This document shows, in pieces, positions 1 to 9,270 of a DNA stretch of 64,000 bases; the first letter of the stretch is position 1, and every line of letters starts with the position of its first letter. The notes below the pieces were generated by a model. That model had not been told where the DNA came from. It was given only the letters and a program-made list of their open reading frames with translations, and did not search any database. The DNA lies in the NCBI RefSeq assembly GCF_029227855.1, contig NZ_CP074358.1; one strand, given 5' to 3'. Both the position numbers and the translations under genes were made by a program. The stretch is from Escherichia coli. GTDB lineage: Bacteria; Pseudomonadota; Gammaproteobacteria; Enterobacterales; Enterobacteriaceae.

Positions 1-2
1 GA

Positions 3-170
3 CGCGGGAAAGTACTTGTACTCAGGAAGGGAGATATCGAAATCCCTTCAGATCTTGCCGGGGTTCTCTATACCGAGCTTGATGAGCATGGTGGATGGAA
101 ACGCAAACTGCTGAGTGAGCTTGCGTATGCCGGTGTTCCTTTTGACAAGGATAAAGCATTAAGCGCCTGA
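3..170 (+). CDS. 3' end of an unidentified gene (55 codons in window, stop TGA 168-170)
   Basis: Open frame 3 entering from upstream of the window; ends just before a hairpin shared with the convergent gene; no motif recognised. Confidence 0.3.
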   Translation, partial: RGKVLVLRKGDIEIPSDLAGVLYTELDEHGGWKRKLLSELAYAGVPFDKDKALSA

Positions 171-185
171 TCTCCTTCATTTAGT

Positions 186-217
186 AAGAAAAAGGCCGCT
201 AAGCGGCCTTAATTTTT
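186..217. terminator. Bidirectional rho-independent terminator between convergent genes
   Basis: ggccgc-taa-gcggcc hairpin flanked by an A-run upstream and a T-run downstream (aaaaaggccgctaagcggccttaattttt). Confidence 0.6.
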
Positions 218-219
218 GG

Positions 220-2445
220 TCAGTCGTCATTTTCCAGCGCTGTTTTGAGCGCTTCCTGCTCCGGAGTCAGCTCGTTGCCGGACAGCATAACCTTCAACTT
301 CTCTTCGACTGCTGGCCAGTCATCAAAGAACGGACTGACCTGGTCACGCGCAATCCGGCGATATGCCCCTCGGTGGGAGCTGAAGACACTGGTCTGTAAT
401 CGTATCAACAGGTTAACAAGGCCTTCATCAGTGGTAGTAACTTCTCTGACCCATTGCTTCACGGTTTCACCTGAACTCATGTCTCTCCAGGCGTAGAGAT
501 ACCCGAGAAGAGACTTGCGCAGGAGAAGCTGTTGCTGAAGTTCTGGTTGATTCATACGTTCCGCAAACCTGTCACGCAACCGTTCCGTAATATCGCGACT
601 GAAAAGAGCATCTGAAGGCGAAGGTACTGCATTCTGAGCAAGTCCATGTTCCCAGATAAGATCCCGCATAAAATCGGCTATCCAGAACGGCGAAGCACCC
701 GTAACGATCAGTTTTTCCATAAGCGTGATCGTTCTGGTCTCATCAATATCCTGCATATGCTTCAGCAGATGCCGTACAACCTCATTAATGGCCATTTCAC
801 GCAGGGAAAACCATGGGTTACGGATACTGAAGCGAGTGCTCACCTCATCGGTGTGCTCGAAGAAAAAATGAACCAGTCCTGCGCACTCTTCGAAATTACG
901 TTCTCTTATCAGGCCTGGAGTCAGTCTGCTCAGTATATGTTCAAACCAGGTTCCGGACAGACTGCCCACACTGTTGATTTTTGAGAGCAGCAATTCAGAA
1001 AGCTGCTGCTGTTTTTCCGATACGCCAGCCTGTTCAAAAAGCTGTCTGAAGAATTCAGGTGGCAGAACATTCTGTGGTGAGGAGAAGGCAAAATAATATC
1101 GCCAGTGCGTCAGGCTGCTGAGTCGTTTACCGGTCGTCTGGATATGACGAAAATCCTCACTGACGGGCTCAAAAAGATTCAGATATTCATCATTATGTCC
1201 ACTGATACCTGGGATCCAGTCTGCAAGTGTCAGAAACGAGTCTGCATTTGATGCCCTGAACGTCTTCATACATCTGATAAGCCCCTCCCGGAAGTCTGCT
1301 TTCTCTCCGTCAGAAAGCATACCCTGACCGGTTTCAATCACGGACCGTTCTGTCAGGTAATGCTCTGTCCAGTCATACAGAGCCGGGTTTGTCACCCGTA
1401 TAAGCTGAAGCAGGCACAAATCAGGGAAATAAACAAAATCCCGCATCCCCGGATAAAGAAAAATCAGGGAATTAATGGCCTGATGGATTTCCCGTGGCGT
1501 CGAAAGTGCGGCACCATAGGTATCAGTCACCGCGATGAGATCCCTTACCATTCCAGAGTCTGGCGGTTGATTATTAATTTGCTGATATAGAGCCTCAGCC
1601 CGCTGGCGAAATTCATTACGTAAATCAAAGGCTTCAGGTCGGGGTAATTTAAAACTAAGCTGAATGATTTTCTGGAGATAACGGCTGCCATCTTCGATAT
1701 TCAGCGCATGTTCAACGGCATGAGTGATAATCTGCCTGTCATAACAGAGAATATGGGTAAAGCGGGGCAGATCGGCTACTGCACGCACAAGCCTGAACAC
1801 TTCCGCCACCTGGGATGGCTCCAGTCGGTCCAGATCATCCATGACAACAATGAACTTCAGATCCAGACTCACCAGTTGTCCTGCAATTTCAGCCCGAAGC
1901 TTTGTCGTGGTTTTCTGATCAACAGCCAGACGGCTGTCTGAAAATACCTTTATTCCGCCTGCTATCCAGTTAATAATGCTGGAAAACTGTCCGATATATT
2001 GAACCAGTGGAAGGACGCGCGATGAAGTATCCTGAGCATACTCAATCACTTTTTGAGCTTCCGGTGACAACAGATATTTACGCCAGAGCTTTTTGAAGCC
2101 CTTCGGGGGATAGCGTATTTCCATTTCCTGCTGGATAACCGTGGCAACCGGAAGAAAGAGCGCTTCAACCGGACTGCCGCCACTCAGCCAGGGAGAAATA
2201 TGCAGCACATGTGTGTGAGCATCTTTTTTCAGGGCAAGGTTTCTCAGGATCAGATTAAGGAGGCTTGTTTTACCCGATCCCCATGCACCTTCTATTCCGA
2301 CAACATTTGAAGCCTCCAGAGGAAGAGTAAGGATGGAACGGGATATATTTTCTGCGATATTACCGAAACCGTATCGATCCTCAGGTACATCTTCAACTGC
2401 CGCATCAAGCCCTTTCTGGTTCCACAGCTGCCTCAGTATCTTCAT
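220..2445 (-). CDS. pifA: KAP-family P-loop NTPase, 741 aa; probable PifA (phage T7 exclusion / abortive infection protein of F-like plasmids)
   Basis: Walker A GAWGSGKTS near N-terminus, Walker B-like hhhhDDLDR, size typical of KAP NTPases; PifA is a founding member of the KAP family; start 1 nt after upstream gene stop (TAATATG). Confidence 0.7.
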   Translation of the reverse strand: MKILRQLWNQKGLDAAVEDVPEDRYGFGNIAENISRSILTLPLEASNVVGIEGAWGSGKTSLLNLILRNLALKKDAHTHVLHISPWLSGGSPVEALFLPVATVIQQEMEIRYPPKGFKKLWRKYLLSPEAQKVIEYAQDTSSRVLPLVQYIGQFSSIINWIAGGIKVFSDSRLAVDQKTTTKLRAEIAGQLVSLDLKFIVVMDDLDRLEPSQVAEVFRLVRAVADLPRFTHILCYDRQIITHAVEHALNIEDGSRYLQKIIQLSFKLPRPEAFDLRNEFRQRAEALYQQINNQPPDSGMVRDLIAVTDTYGAALSTPREIHQAINSLIFLYPGMRDFVYFPDLCLLQLIRVTNPALYDWTEHYLTERSVIETGQGMLSDGEKADFREGLIRCMKTFRASNADSFLTLADWIPGISGHNDEYLNLFEPVSEDFRHIQTTGKRLSSLTHWRYYFAFSSPQNVLPPEFFRQLFEQAGVSEKQQQLSELLLSKINSVGSLSGTWFEHILSRLTPGLIRERNFEECAGLVHFFFEHTDEVSTRFSIRNPWFSLREMAINEVVRHLLKHMQDIDETRTITLMEKLIVTGASPFWIADFMRDLIWEHGLAQNAVPSPSDALFSRDITERLRDRFAERMNQPELQQQLLLRKSLLGYLYAWRDMSSGETVKQWVREVTTTDEGLVNLLIRLQTSVFSSHRGAYRRIARDQVSPFFDDWPAVEEKLKVMLSGNELTPEQEALKTALENDD

Positions 2446-2446
2446 A

Positions 2447-3538
2447 TTACAGATCTCCGTACAGGCAGCGCAGCCCGGTCAGGGCCTCCGCCAGCGGGCC
2501 TTCTTGACACCGCGTGGCGAGCTCCCGGACCAGCGTCTCAAAGGCCTCCGCCGGCATAAAAATCCGCAGGCCGTCTATCCCGAAGAAGCCCTCCGGCGTG
2601 ACGTTTCCGGGCGGGGAGAACATCACTCGCTCCCCCTGGTGACCGTGCGTCAGGGCTTCCGGATGCCGGGCATACAGCGTGAACAGGCCCAGCAGTTCGG
2701 ATAACGCTTCCCAGCCGTACGGCACCACGAAGTCCTGGCCGGTGATCAGCAGGTGCAGACGGGGTGTGGTGTACCAGGCCCCCGGGCGTTCTCCGGGGTG
2801 CTGGCCGTCAACGCGGATCTCCAGGCGCAGCGTGCCGGCCTCAATGGTTTCCGTGACGGCAGAAATAACCGGGCGCAGCTCCTGTGCCAGCGTTCTTGCC
2901 TGTTCTGTGTTCCAGTCCAGGCCGCGCAGCATCAACGGGAAAACAGCTTTCAGCCGCGGCAGGGTGAAGATTTCTGCCAGCACCGCGTCCGGCACCTCCG
3001 CCAGGCCAAAACAGTCGCTCTCGAGCGGACGCAGGAGGTGTTCGGCATACATCTGATCCACCACGGGGCGCAGCGCTGCCCGGAAGGCTTCAAACTCTTC
3101 CGTCCAGTTTTTCCCGGCCAGGCGGAAAATCCCCTTCAGGTAGTGACCGTCCACAGGGCGATCGTGCTCCACCTGCCAGGCCAGCAGGTTGCCAGTGATG
3201 TCCAGCAGCGTGTCCAGGGCCGGGAGTGTGGCCAGCCTATTATGCCCGCGCAGGAAGGCCTCCCTGACGTGAACCAGGACAAAGCGCAGTTCGTCGCGGG
3301 AGAGCGCTGACGTGCCGAAGGTCTGGCCCAGAATGATATGCCGGTACAGCTGCCGGACCGTGGCCTCCGGATCGGCAATGAGCTGAAAATACCCGTCACC
3401 GGGCGCGACCGTTTTCAGGCCGTCATCGAGGAAGCGTTCGGCTAGGGCGTTGACCGAAGTATTTTCCCGACCGGCACGCGTTTTCAGCGCCTCGATAAGT
3501 TTTTTGTGAAAACGCAGGTTAAGCTGGCTTAGCATCAT
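2447..3538 (-). CDS. pifC: 363 aa protein with N-terminal ribbon-helix-helix/Arc-like motif; probable PifC (RepC) autoregulator of the pif operon
   Basis: N-terminus LNLRFHKKLIEALKTRAGRENTSVNALAERFLDDGL resembles RHH DNA-binding domain; ~40 kDa; immediately upstream of and coupled to the KAP NTPase gene. Confidence 0.55.
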   Translation of the reverse strand: MMLSQLNLRFHKKLIEALKTRAGRENTSVNALAERFLDDGLKTVAPGDGYFQLIADPEATVRQLYRHIILGQTFGTSALSRDELRFVLVHVREAFLRGHNRLATLPALDTLLDITGNLLAWQVEHDRPVDGHYLKGIFRLAGKNWTEEFEAFRAALRPVVDQMYAEHLLRPLESDCFGLAEVPDAVLAEIFTLPRLKAVFPLMLRGLDWNTEQARTLAQELRPVISAVTETIEAGTLRLEIRVDGQHPGERPGAWYTTPRLHLLITGQDFVVPYGWEALSELLGLFTLYARHPEALTHGHQGERVMFSPPGNVTPEGFFGIDGLRIFMPAEAFETLVRELATRCQEGPLAEALTGLRCLYGDL

Positions 3539-3565
3539 CGATCCTTTAATGTTTGTTTTGTTCTT

Positions 3566-3582
3566 AATGCTAACCTAGCATT
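3566..3582. promoter_or_regulatory. Perfect palindrome aatgcta-acc-tagcatt in AT-rich region upstream of pifC; candidate operator (pifO-like)
   Basis: Inverted repeat read directly from sequence ~35 bp upstream of the pifC start on the - strand. Confidence 0.35.
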
Positions 3583-4220
3583 TTATTATTAGCTATTAAT
3601 CAGTTTTTTAGTTTTTGAAAATTGTGATGCTTCTAAAATTACTAAAATTGAGGATTTTAATGCTACAACAATGCCTGCCTCTTCTTATTTCTCCGGAGAT
3701 CCGAAAACCCCAAGTTCAGGATCTTCCTCTCCCCCCACACAACGCCACCTCCTGTAAGCACAATATGTGGTGCCGGATTCAGCTACTGATGACACTATAT
3801 GTTGTGTCATCTCCCTGACCTGTGATGCGTCGCGCAGGGGCGGAAAACAGCGATATGATGATTTCCTCAGCGTGGTACACTTCCGGAAACCCGTCAATAA
3901 CAGAAAAATCGGATCTGCCTGAAATGGGCATCCGGTAATTTAATGGCGTGGTTATATGCCTGCTTATTATCTGACAGGTGATGATTTATTTAGGGGAAAA
4001 TAATTCATGCTGACAGAGTGTTGTGCTGCCATGCGTAATAACTCTGAGCGACTGTTGCTTCCGGTATCAGTTGAGTGAGGATTTTCAGACCACCACGTTT
4101 TACTGACCAGTAAAAATTTTTTTTGCCCGCAAGGCTGACAAGTGACTTCTTTTAGAATTTCGGCATCCACAACCAATGGCAGGAAGCCCGATGCAAAAAT
4201 TTTTAAGGAGAGCTCTTTTA

Positions 4221-4460
4221 ATGAAAATTGCTCAGCAATTACTGGAAGCCGTTCTGCAATTTATGAATGCATCTGCAATGACTCAGGTGCTGACGTTGCT
4301 ATTCCTGGCTCTGATAATACAGGTACTGAAAACATTAATTACGGCGTGGATAGTAAGAAAACCATCTTCAGGAGAGATGGTTTTAGACCGGAAACCTGAC
4401 TCTGCCGGGCGTAAGGATCACTGCAGGCAGCTGTCTCAACAAAGGAAAAAACATGGCTGA
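4221..4460 (+). CDS. Small predicted membrane protein (79 aa), unknown function
   Basis: ATG 4221 preceded by aaggag; hydrophobic segment VLTLLFLALIIQVLKTLITAWIV; stop overlaps next start (ATGGCTGA). Confidence 0.35.
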   Translation: MKIAQQLLEAVLQFMNASAMTQVLTLLFLALIIQVLKTLITAWIVRKPSSGEMVLDRKPDSAGRKDHCRQLSQQRKKHG

Positions 4461-4742
4461 CTGGTTTATTGCAACTGAAGGTGTGAAGGTGGTGAAAGAT
4501 AGTGCCAGCCTGTGGCCGCAGATCATCACGGCGGTTTTGTCTGCCGGTACTGCATTTGGTGGTGTGTGGTACGGGCAGTGGCGGATAACACAGCGAGAGG
4601 AGGAAGCTGCAACAGCGAAGCTGGTCAGCGAACGTCTCTTTATTGCCACGGAGCTGGTTTTTCTGCTGGAGAGGTTTGCGCAGCGTTGTGCTCCAGCAGC
4701 AACAGCAACTGTGGAGCACGATCAGGATGGCAGAGGAGAAGC
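4453..4742 (+). pseudogene. Membrane-protein gene truncated by the IS3 insertion (about 96 native codons retained)
   Basis: Strong RBS aaaggaaaaaacATG; hydrophobic segment LWPQIITAVLSAGTAFGGVWYG; reading frame runs into the IS3 left inverted repeat and stops inside it. Confidence 0.4.
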
Positions 4743-4798
4743 TGATCTTACCCAGCAATAGTGGACACGCGGCTAAGTGAGTAAACTCTCAGTCAGAG

Positions 4799-5107
4799 GT
4801 GACTCACATGACAAAAACAGTATCAACCAGTAAAAAACCCCGTAAACAGCATTCGCCTGAATTTCGCAGTGAAGCCCTGAAGCTTGCTGAACGCATCGGT
4901 GTTACTGCCGCAGCCCGTGAACTCAGCCTGTATGAATCACAACTCTACAACTGGCGCAGTAAACAGCAAAATCAGCAGACGTCTTCTGAACGTGAACTGG
5001 AGATGTCTACCGAGATTGCACGTCTCAAACGCCAGCTGGCAGAACGGGATGAAGAGCTGGCTATCCTCCAAAAGGCCGCGACATACTTCGCGAAGCGCCT
5101 GAAATGA
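4799..5107 (+). CDS. IS3 OrfA (transposase N-terminal HTH part)
   Basis: 102 aa, helix-turn-helix and leucine-zipper-like C-terminus ([19 protein letters not shown]); inside the IS3 ends. Confidence 0.9.
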
Positions 5108-5970
5108 AGTATGTCTTTATTGAAAAACATCAGGCTGAGTTCAGCATCAAAGCAATGTGCCGCGTGCTCCGGGTGGCCCGCAGCGGCTGGTATACGTGGT
5201 GTCAGCGGCGGACAAGGATAAGCACGCGTCAGCAGTTCCGCCAACACTGCGACAGCGTTGTCCTCGCGGCTTTTACCCGGTCAAAACAGCGTTACGGTGC
5301 CCCACGCCTGACGGATGAACTGCGTGCTCAGGGTTACCCCTTTAACGTAAAAACCGTGGCGGCAAGCCTGCGCCGTCAGGGACTGAGGGCAAAGGCCTCC
5401 CGGAAGTTCAGCCCGGTCAGCTACCGCGCACACGGCCTGCCTGTGTCAGAAAATCTGTTGGAGCAGGATTTTTACGCCAGTGGCCCGAACCAGAAGTGGG
5501 CAGGAGACATCACGTACTTACGTACAGATGAAGGCTGGCTGTATCTGGCAGTGGTCATTGACCTGTGGTCACGTGCCGTTATTGGCTGGTCAATGTCGCC
5601 ACGCATGACGGCGCAACTGGCCTGCGATGCCCTGCAGATGGCGCTGTGGCGGCGTAAGAGGCCCCGGAACGTTATCGTTCACACGGACCGTGGAGGCCAG
5701 TACTGTTCAGCAGATTATCAGGCGCAACTGAAGCGGCATAATCTGCGTGGAAGTATGAGCGCAAAAGGTTGCTGCTACGATAATGCCTGCGTGGAAAGCT
5801 TCTTTCATTCGCTGAAAGTGGAATGTATCCATGGAGAACACTTTATCAGCCGGGAAATAATGCGGGCAACGGTGTTTAATTATATCGAATGTGATTACAA
5901 TCGGTGGCGGCGGCACAGTTGGTGTGGCGGCCTCAGTCCGGAACAATTTGAAAACAAGAACCTCGCTTAG
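5104..5970 (+). CDS. IS3 OrfB (transposase catalytic DDE part; expressed as OrfAB fusion by -1 frameshift)
   Basis: 288 aa with DDE/rve integrase core (WAGDITYL..., HTDRGGQY..., E in SFFHSLKVE). Confidence 0.9.
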
Positions 5971-6223
5971 GCCTGTGTCCATATTACGTGGGTAGGATCA
6001 GTTTGCATAAAAACGCAGCTATGTTGGGAGTAAAAGCACTGCGGTTATCACGAGAACTGAGAATGTTATGTGGCCTCCCTCTGCACGGCCTTTCCGATAC
6101 ACTATCGCCAACGAGGTTGGTATTGTTGAAAGCCAGAGGTAAAACACTCCAAAAGGAGTACGAAATGGTAAAGAAGTCTAAAAAGACCGAGCAAGAGATT
6201 GAGGATTTCATAAAGGGGACATC

Positions 6224-7015
6224 ATGAGTGGCCCACAATTGCTTTCCCTGCCTGGTTCTTTTTTAACGCCTCCGGCAACATTACCTGTTGCCATTGATTA
6301 CCCGGCTGCGCTGGCACTACGTCAGATGGCACTTGTGCAGGGCGAATTACCAAAATATCTGTTGGCGCCGGAGATCAGCGCCCTGCTCCGCTATGTACCG
6401 GATCTGCACCGCAAAATGTTGCTGGCCACCCTGTGGAACACGGGCGCACGTATAAACGAAGCGCTGGCGCTGACGCGGGGAGATTTTTCACTGGCGCCGC
6501 CATATCCGTTCGTACAGCTGGCCACGCTCAAACAACGGACTGAAAAAGCGACCAGAACGGCAGGCCGTGTCCCTGCTGGCAGTCAGGTGCATCGCCTGGT
6601 TCCCCTGTCCGATACACAATACGTCAGCCAACTGCAGATGATGGTGGCCACGCTGAAAATCCCACTGGAGCGCAGAAACAAACGAACCGGAAGAATGGAG
6701 AAGGCGCGCATCTGGGAAATCACCGACCGCACAGTTCGCACCTGGCTGAATGAAGCTGTAGAGGCCGCTGCGGCCGACGGCGTGACGTTCTCTGTTCCGG
6801 TTACCCCACATACTTTCCGCCATTCCTACGCGATGCATATGCTGTATGCTGGTATTCCGCTGAAGGTGCTGCAGAGCCTGATGGGGCACAAGTCGATTAG
6901 TTCGACAGATGTGTACACGAAGGTGTTTGCGCTGGATGTGGCTGCACGGCACCGGGTGCAGTTTTCGATGCCTGAGTCCGATGCTGTCACAATGCTGAAA
7001 AACAGACACGCATAA
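6224..7015 (+). CDS. resD: Tyrosine site-specific recombinase, ResD-like plasmid multimer resolvase
   Basis: C-terminal catalytic region with HTFRHSYAMHM...LMGHKSISSTDVYTKV (R..H..R..Y tyrosine recombinase signature). Confidence 0.8.
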   Translation: MSGPQLLSLPGSFLTPPATLPVAIDYPAALALRQMALVQGELPKYLLAPEISALLRYVPDLHRKMLLATLWNTGARINEALALTRGDFSLAPPYPFVQLATLKQRTEKATRTAGRVPAGSQVHRLVPLSDTQYVSQLQMMVATLKIPLERRNKRTGRMEKARIWEITDRTVRTWLNEAVEAAAADGVTFSVPVTPHTFRHSYAMHMLYAGIPLKVLQSLMGHKSISSTDVYTKVFALDVAARHRVQFSMPESDAVTMLKNRHA

Positions 7016-7152
7016 GTCACAAATCATAATTATGAATTGTGATTTATTCTATAAAAGAAGAGACCACTGCAATATGTGATCTCTTGTATGCAAGGGTGCT
7101 TAAACAGTGTGAATTCACAAGTGTGATTTCATAAGTAATAACTTCTTGATTA

Positions 7153-7428
7153 TTACGTTAGTGTTTTTAAGTATTGCTCAAGGGCTACTCTGACGATGGC
7201 ACTTACATTTTTTGGATCTTTACCATTGCGTTTATTCCTCAATGCCAGATCTTCTATTGTGACAAGCATGCTTTCACCAAGAGAGATTGTCGTCCGACAT
7301 TGTTTTTCTGGTTCGGGTTTTTCCGGCGCGCCGTATGGTTTATCCGCAAGGCGCTGAGCCAGAGCCTCTGCTTGTTCTACCGTAACTGCAGCTCTGTTTA
7401 ATGCTTGCTGGCTGGGTTTCTTCACCAT
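7153..7428 (-). CDS. Small centromere-binding protein of a type Ib partition system (ParG / small-ParB-like, 91 aa)
   Basis: Immediately downstream of and overlapping the ParA gene; RHH-like C-terminus (TTISLGESMLVTIEDLALRN...). Confidence 0.6.
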   Translation of the reverse strand: MVKKPSQQALNRAAVTVEQAEALAQRLADKPYGAPEKPEPEKQCRTTISLGESMLVTIEDLALRNKRNGKDPKNVSAIVRVALEQYLKTLT

Positions 7429-8066
7429 GGGCCAAATACCTCATTCATTAAATGTTCAATTTCTGCTCTGGCTGCTGTATTGTTCGTTTCTACTACACCG
7501 GTGCCGTTGCTCATGCAATCGCGATAGACTTTTCTGAAACAAATAACTGAATCCAGGACTTGAATTGTTGGGAATTCTTCAAGATATTCAAGGAATTCTT
7601 TTCTCTCATTTCCCCTCAAAACCGGATTGGTTGTTGCCATACTTTGTAAACAATAAACCTTAAGTTCCGGGTTAAGGTTACGCATTGCGTCTATCTGTTG
7701 TTCTAGTTCTGTAAGAGTATCCAGATCTGGTTGAGAACACTGTAGTGGCGCAATTATTTGATGTGCGACAACTCCACTCGTTATGAATTCCTTTGAGTTT
7801 CTTCCTGCGACATCCACTATTACATCATCGAACTTTTCATTCAGAGCCTGTAGTGTTTGTGTCAGGTTATCAAATTTCTCAACAAGGGTTATTGCTGGTA
7901 ACAGTCCTGCAGCTTCTCGTTCTGCATGATGTTTTGCGGCTGTTCGTTGTAGATCTCCGTTTAACAGGCAGACTTCCCTTCCTTTATTTGCGAGAGCAAT
8001 AGCCAGGTTTGATGCAATGGTAGTTTTCCCTGAACCACCTTTGTTCCCACCAACTACAGTAATCAT
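7422..8066 (-). CDS. parA: ParA-family partition ATPase (small, ParF-like, about 214 aa)
   Basis: Deviant Walker A GGNKGGSGKTT; start moved to MITVVGG (ATG at 8066 with gagg RBS) rather than the longer ORF-track start. Confidence 0.85.
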   Translation of the reverse strand: MITVVGGNKGGSGKTTIASNLAIALANKGREVCLLNGDLQRTAAKHHAEREAAGLLPAITLVEKFDNLTQTLQALNEKFDDVIVDVAGRNSKEFITSGVVAHQIIAPLQCSQPDLDTLTELEQQIDAMRNLNPELKVYCLQSMATTNPVLRGNERKEFLEYLEEFPTIQVLDSVICFRKVYRDCMSNGTGVVETNNTAARAEIEHLMNEVFGPW

Positions 8067-8084
8067 TGCAACCTCATAAATGTG

Positions 8085-8290
8085 ATGTGTGAAGTATGAT
8101 GATATTTTGACACGGTAACCTGATGTGTCAATATGCATTCATATTTATGAAGTATGAAATATGAAGTGTGTCATATGATGTAATAAATATTACTTGTGTT
8201 TTGTGATTTCATAACTATGATAGTTCTCAAATTGAGTATTACCTTGCAACCAGAAACAGTTATTTACTCAGATTGAGTATTTAAGGGGCT
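8085..8290. repeat. Iteron-rich intergenic region between divergent par operons (candidate shared centromere/promoter region)
   Basis: Repeated atgaagt(a/g)tg and tgtgatttcataa motifs between the divergent parA and parM starts. Confidence 0.5.
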
Positions 8291-8294
8291 ATAG

Positions 8295-9266
8295 ATGAAC
8301 GTATACTGCGATGATGGTTCAACAACAATCAAGTTGGCATGGAATGACAATGGGAAAATCTGTAAGTCGTTGTCGCAAAACTCATTTCGTCATGGATGGA
8401 AGGTTGACGGGTTAGGGATTCGCCAGACATTTAACTATGAACTGGATGGTAAAAAATACACGTATGATGAAGTTAGCAACCAATCTATTCTTACGACTCA
8501 TATTGAGTATCAATATACGGATGTTAACCTGTTAGCTGTGCATCACGCTTTACTGAATAGTGGATTAGCGCCTCAGCCTGTATCATTGACTGTGACTTTA
8601 CCTATCAGTGAGTTCTACACGAAAGAGTGTCAAAAAAATGAACTCAACATTCAGCGTAAAATTGAGAATTTAATGAGGCCGATTCGTCTTAATAAAGGCG
8701 ATGTTTTCACCATTGAACACGTTGATGTGATGCCTGAATCATTGCCAGCTGTGTTTTCTCGTCTGGTCATGGATAAAGTTGGTCAGTTCGAAAAATCGCT
8801 GGTAGTTGATATTGGCGGCACTACGCTTGATGTTGGTGTTATCGTTGGTCAATTTGACTCTGTAAGTGCCATTCATGGTAATTCTGGCATTGGTGTGTCT
8901 TCAGTTACGAAAGCTGCAATGAGTGCATTGCGCATGGCATCCAGTGATACCAGTTTCCTCGTTGCAGATGAATTGATTAAACGTCGTAATGATCCGGATT
9001 TTGTTCGGCAGGTTATAAATGACGAAACAAAAACTGATCTGGTCCTTAATACCATTGAGGGGGCTATTGCCAGTCTGGGGGAGCAAGTAGTCAATGAGCT
9101 CGGTGATTTTCATCATGTGAATCGTGTTTATGTTGTCGGTGGTGGGGCCCCGTTGATCTATGGTTCGATAAAAACGGCATGGCACCATCTTGGGCAAAAA
9201 GTAGTGATGATGGAGTCGCCACAGACAGCACTGGTTGAAGCTATCGCGGCTTTCAAAGAGGAGTAA
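8295..9266 (+). CDS. parM: Actin-like partition ATPase ParM/StbA
   Basis: N-terminal DDGSTTIKLAW and DIGGTTLD motifs of ParM/actin fold; 323 aa. Confidence 0.9.
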   Translation: MNVYCDDGSTTIKLAWNDNGKICKSLSQNSFRHGWKVDGLGIRQTFNYELDGKKYTYDEVSNQSILTTHIEYQYTDVNLLAVHHALLNSGLAPQPVSLTVTLPISEFYTKECQKNELNIQRKIENLMRPIRLNKGDVFTIEHVDVMPESLPAVFSRLVMDKVGQFEKSLVVDIGGTTLDVGVIVGQFDSVSAIHGNSGIGVSSVTKAAMSALRMASSDTSFLVADELIKRRNDPDFVRQVINDETKTDLVLNTIEGAIASLGEQVVNELGDFHHVNRVYVVGGGAPLIYGSIKTAWHHLGQKVVMMESPQTALVEAIAAFKEE

Positions 9267-9270
9267 TATT

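Larger units (their letters stand above)
4743..6000 (+). mobile_element. IS3 insertion sequence (1258 bp) with terminal inverted repeats
   Basis: Left end tgatcttacccagcaatagtggacac..., right end ...gcctgtgtccatattacgtgggtaggatca (reverse complement tgatcctacccacgtaatatggacac); orfA/orfB overlap ATGA typical of IS3 family. Confidence 0.9.

Noticed and set aside
220-3538. KAP NTPase pair as a previously undescribed defence system
   Set aside because: The size, Walker A placement, RHH-containing upstream regulator and plasmid context fit the known pifC-pifA operon; reported as Pif rather than novel.
5988-6227. 79-aa ORF running from inside the IS3 right inverted repeat to the resD start
   Set aside because: The frame is open only because it runs out of IS3; only the last 20 codons (MVKKSKKTEQEIEDFIKGTS) have an RBS. 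Possibly a remnant or a tiny coupled leader peptide; not called as a gene.
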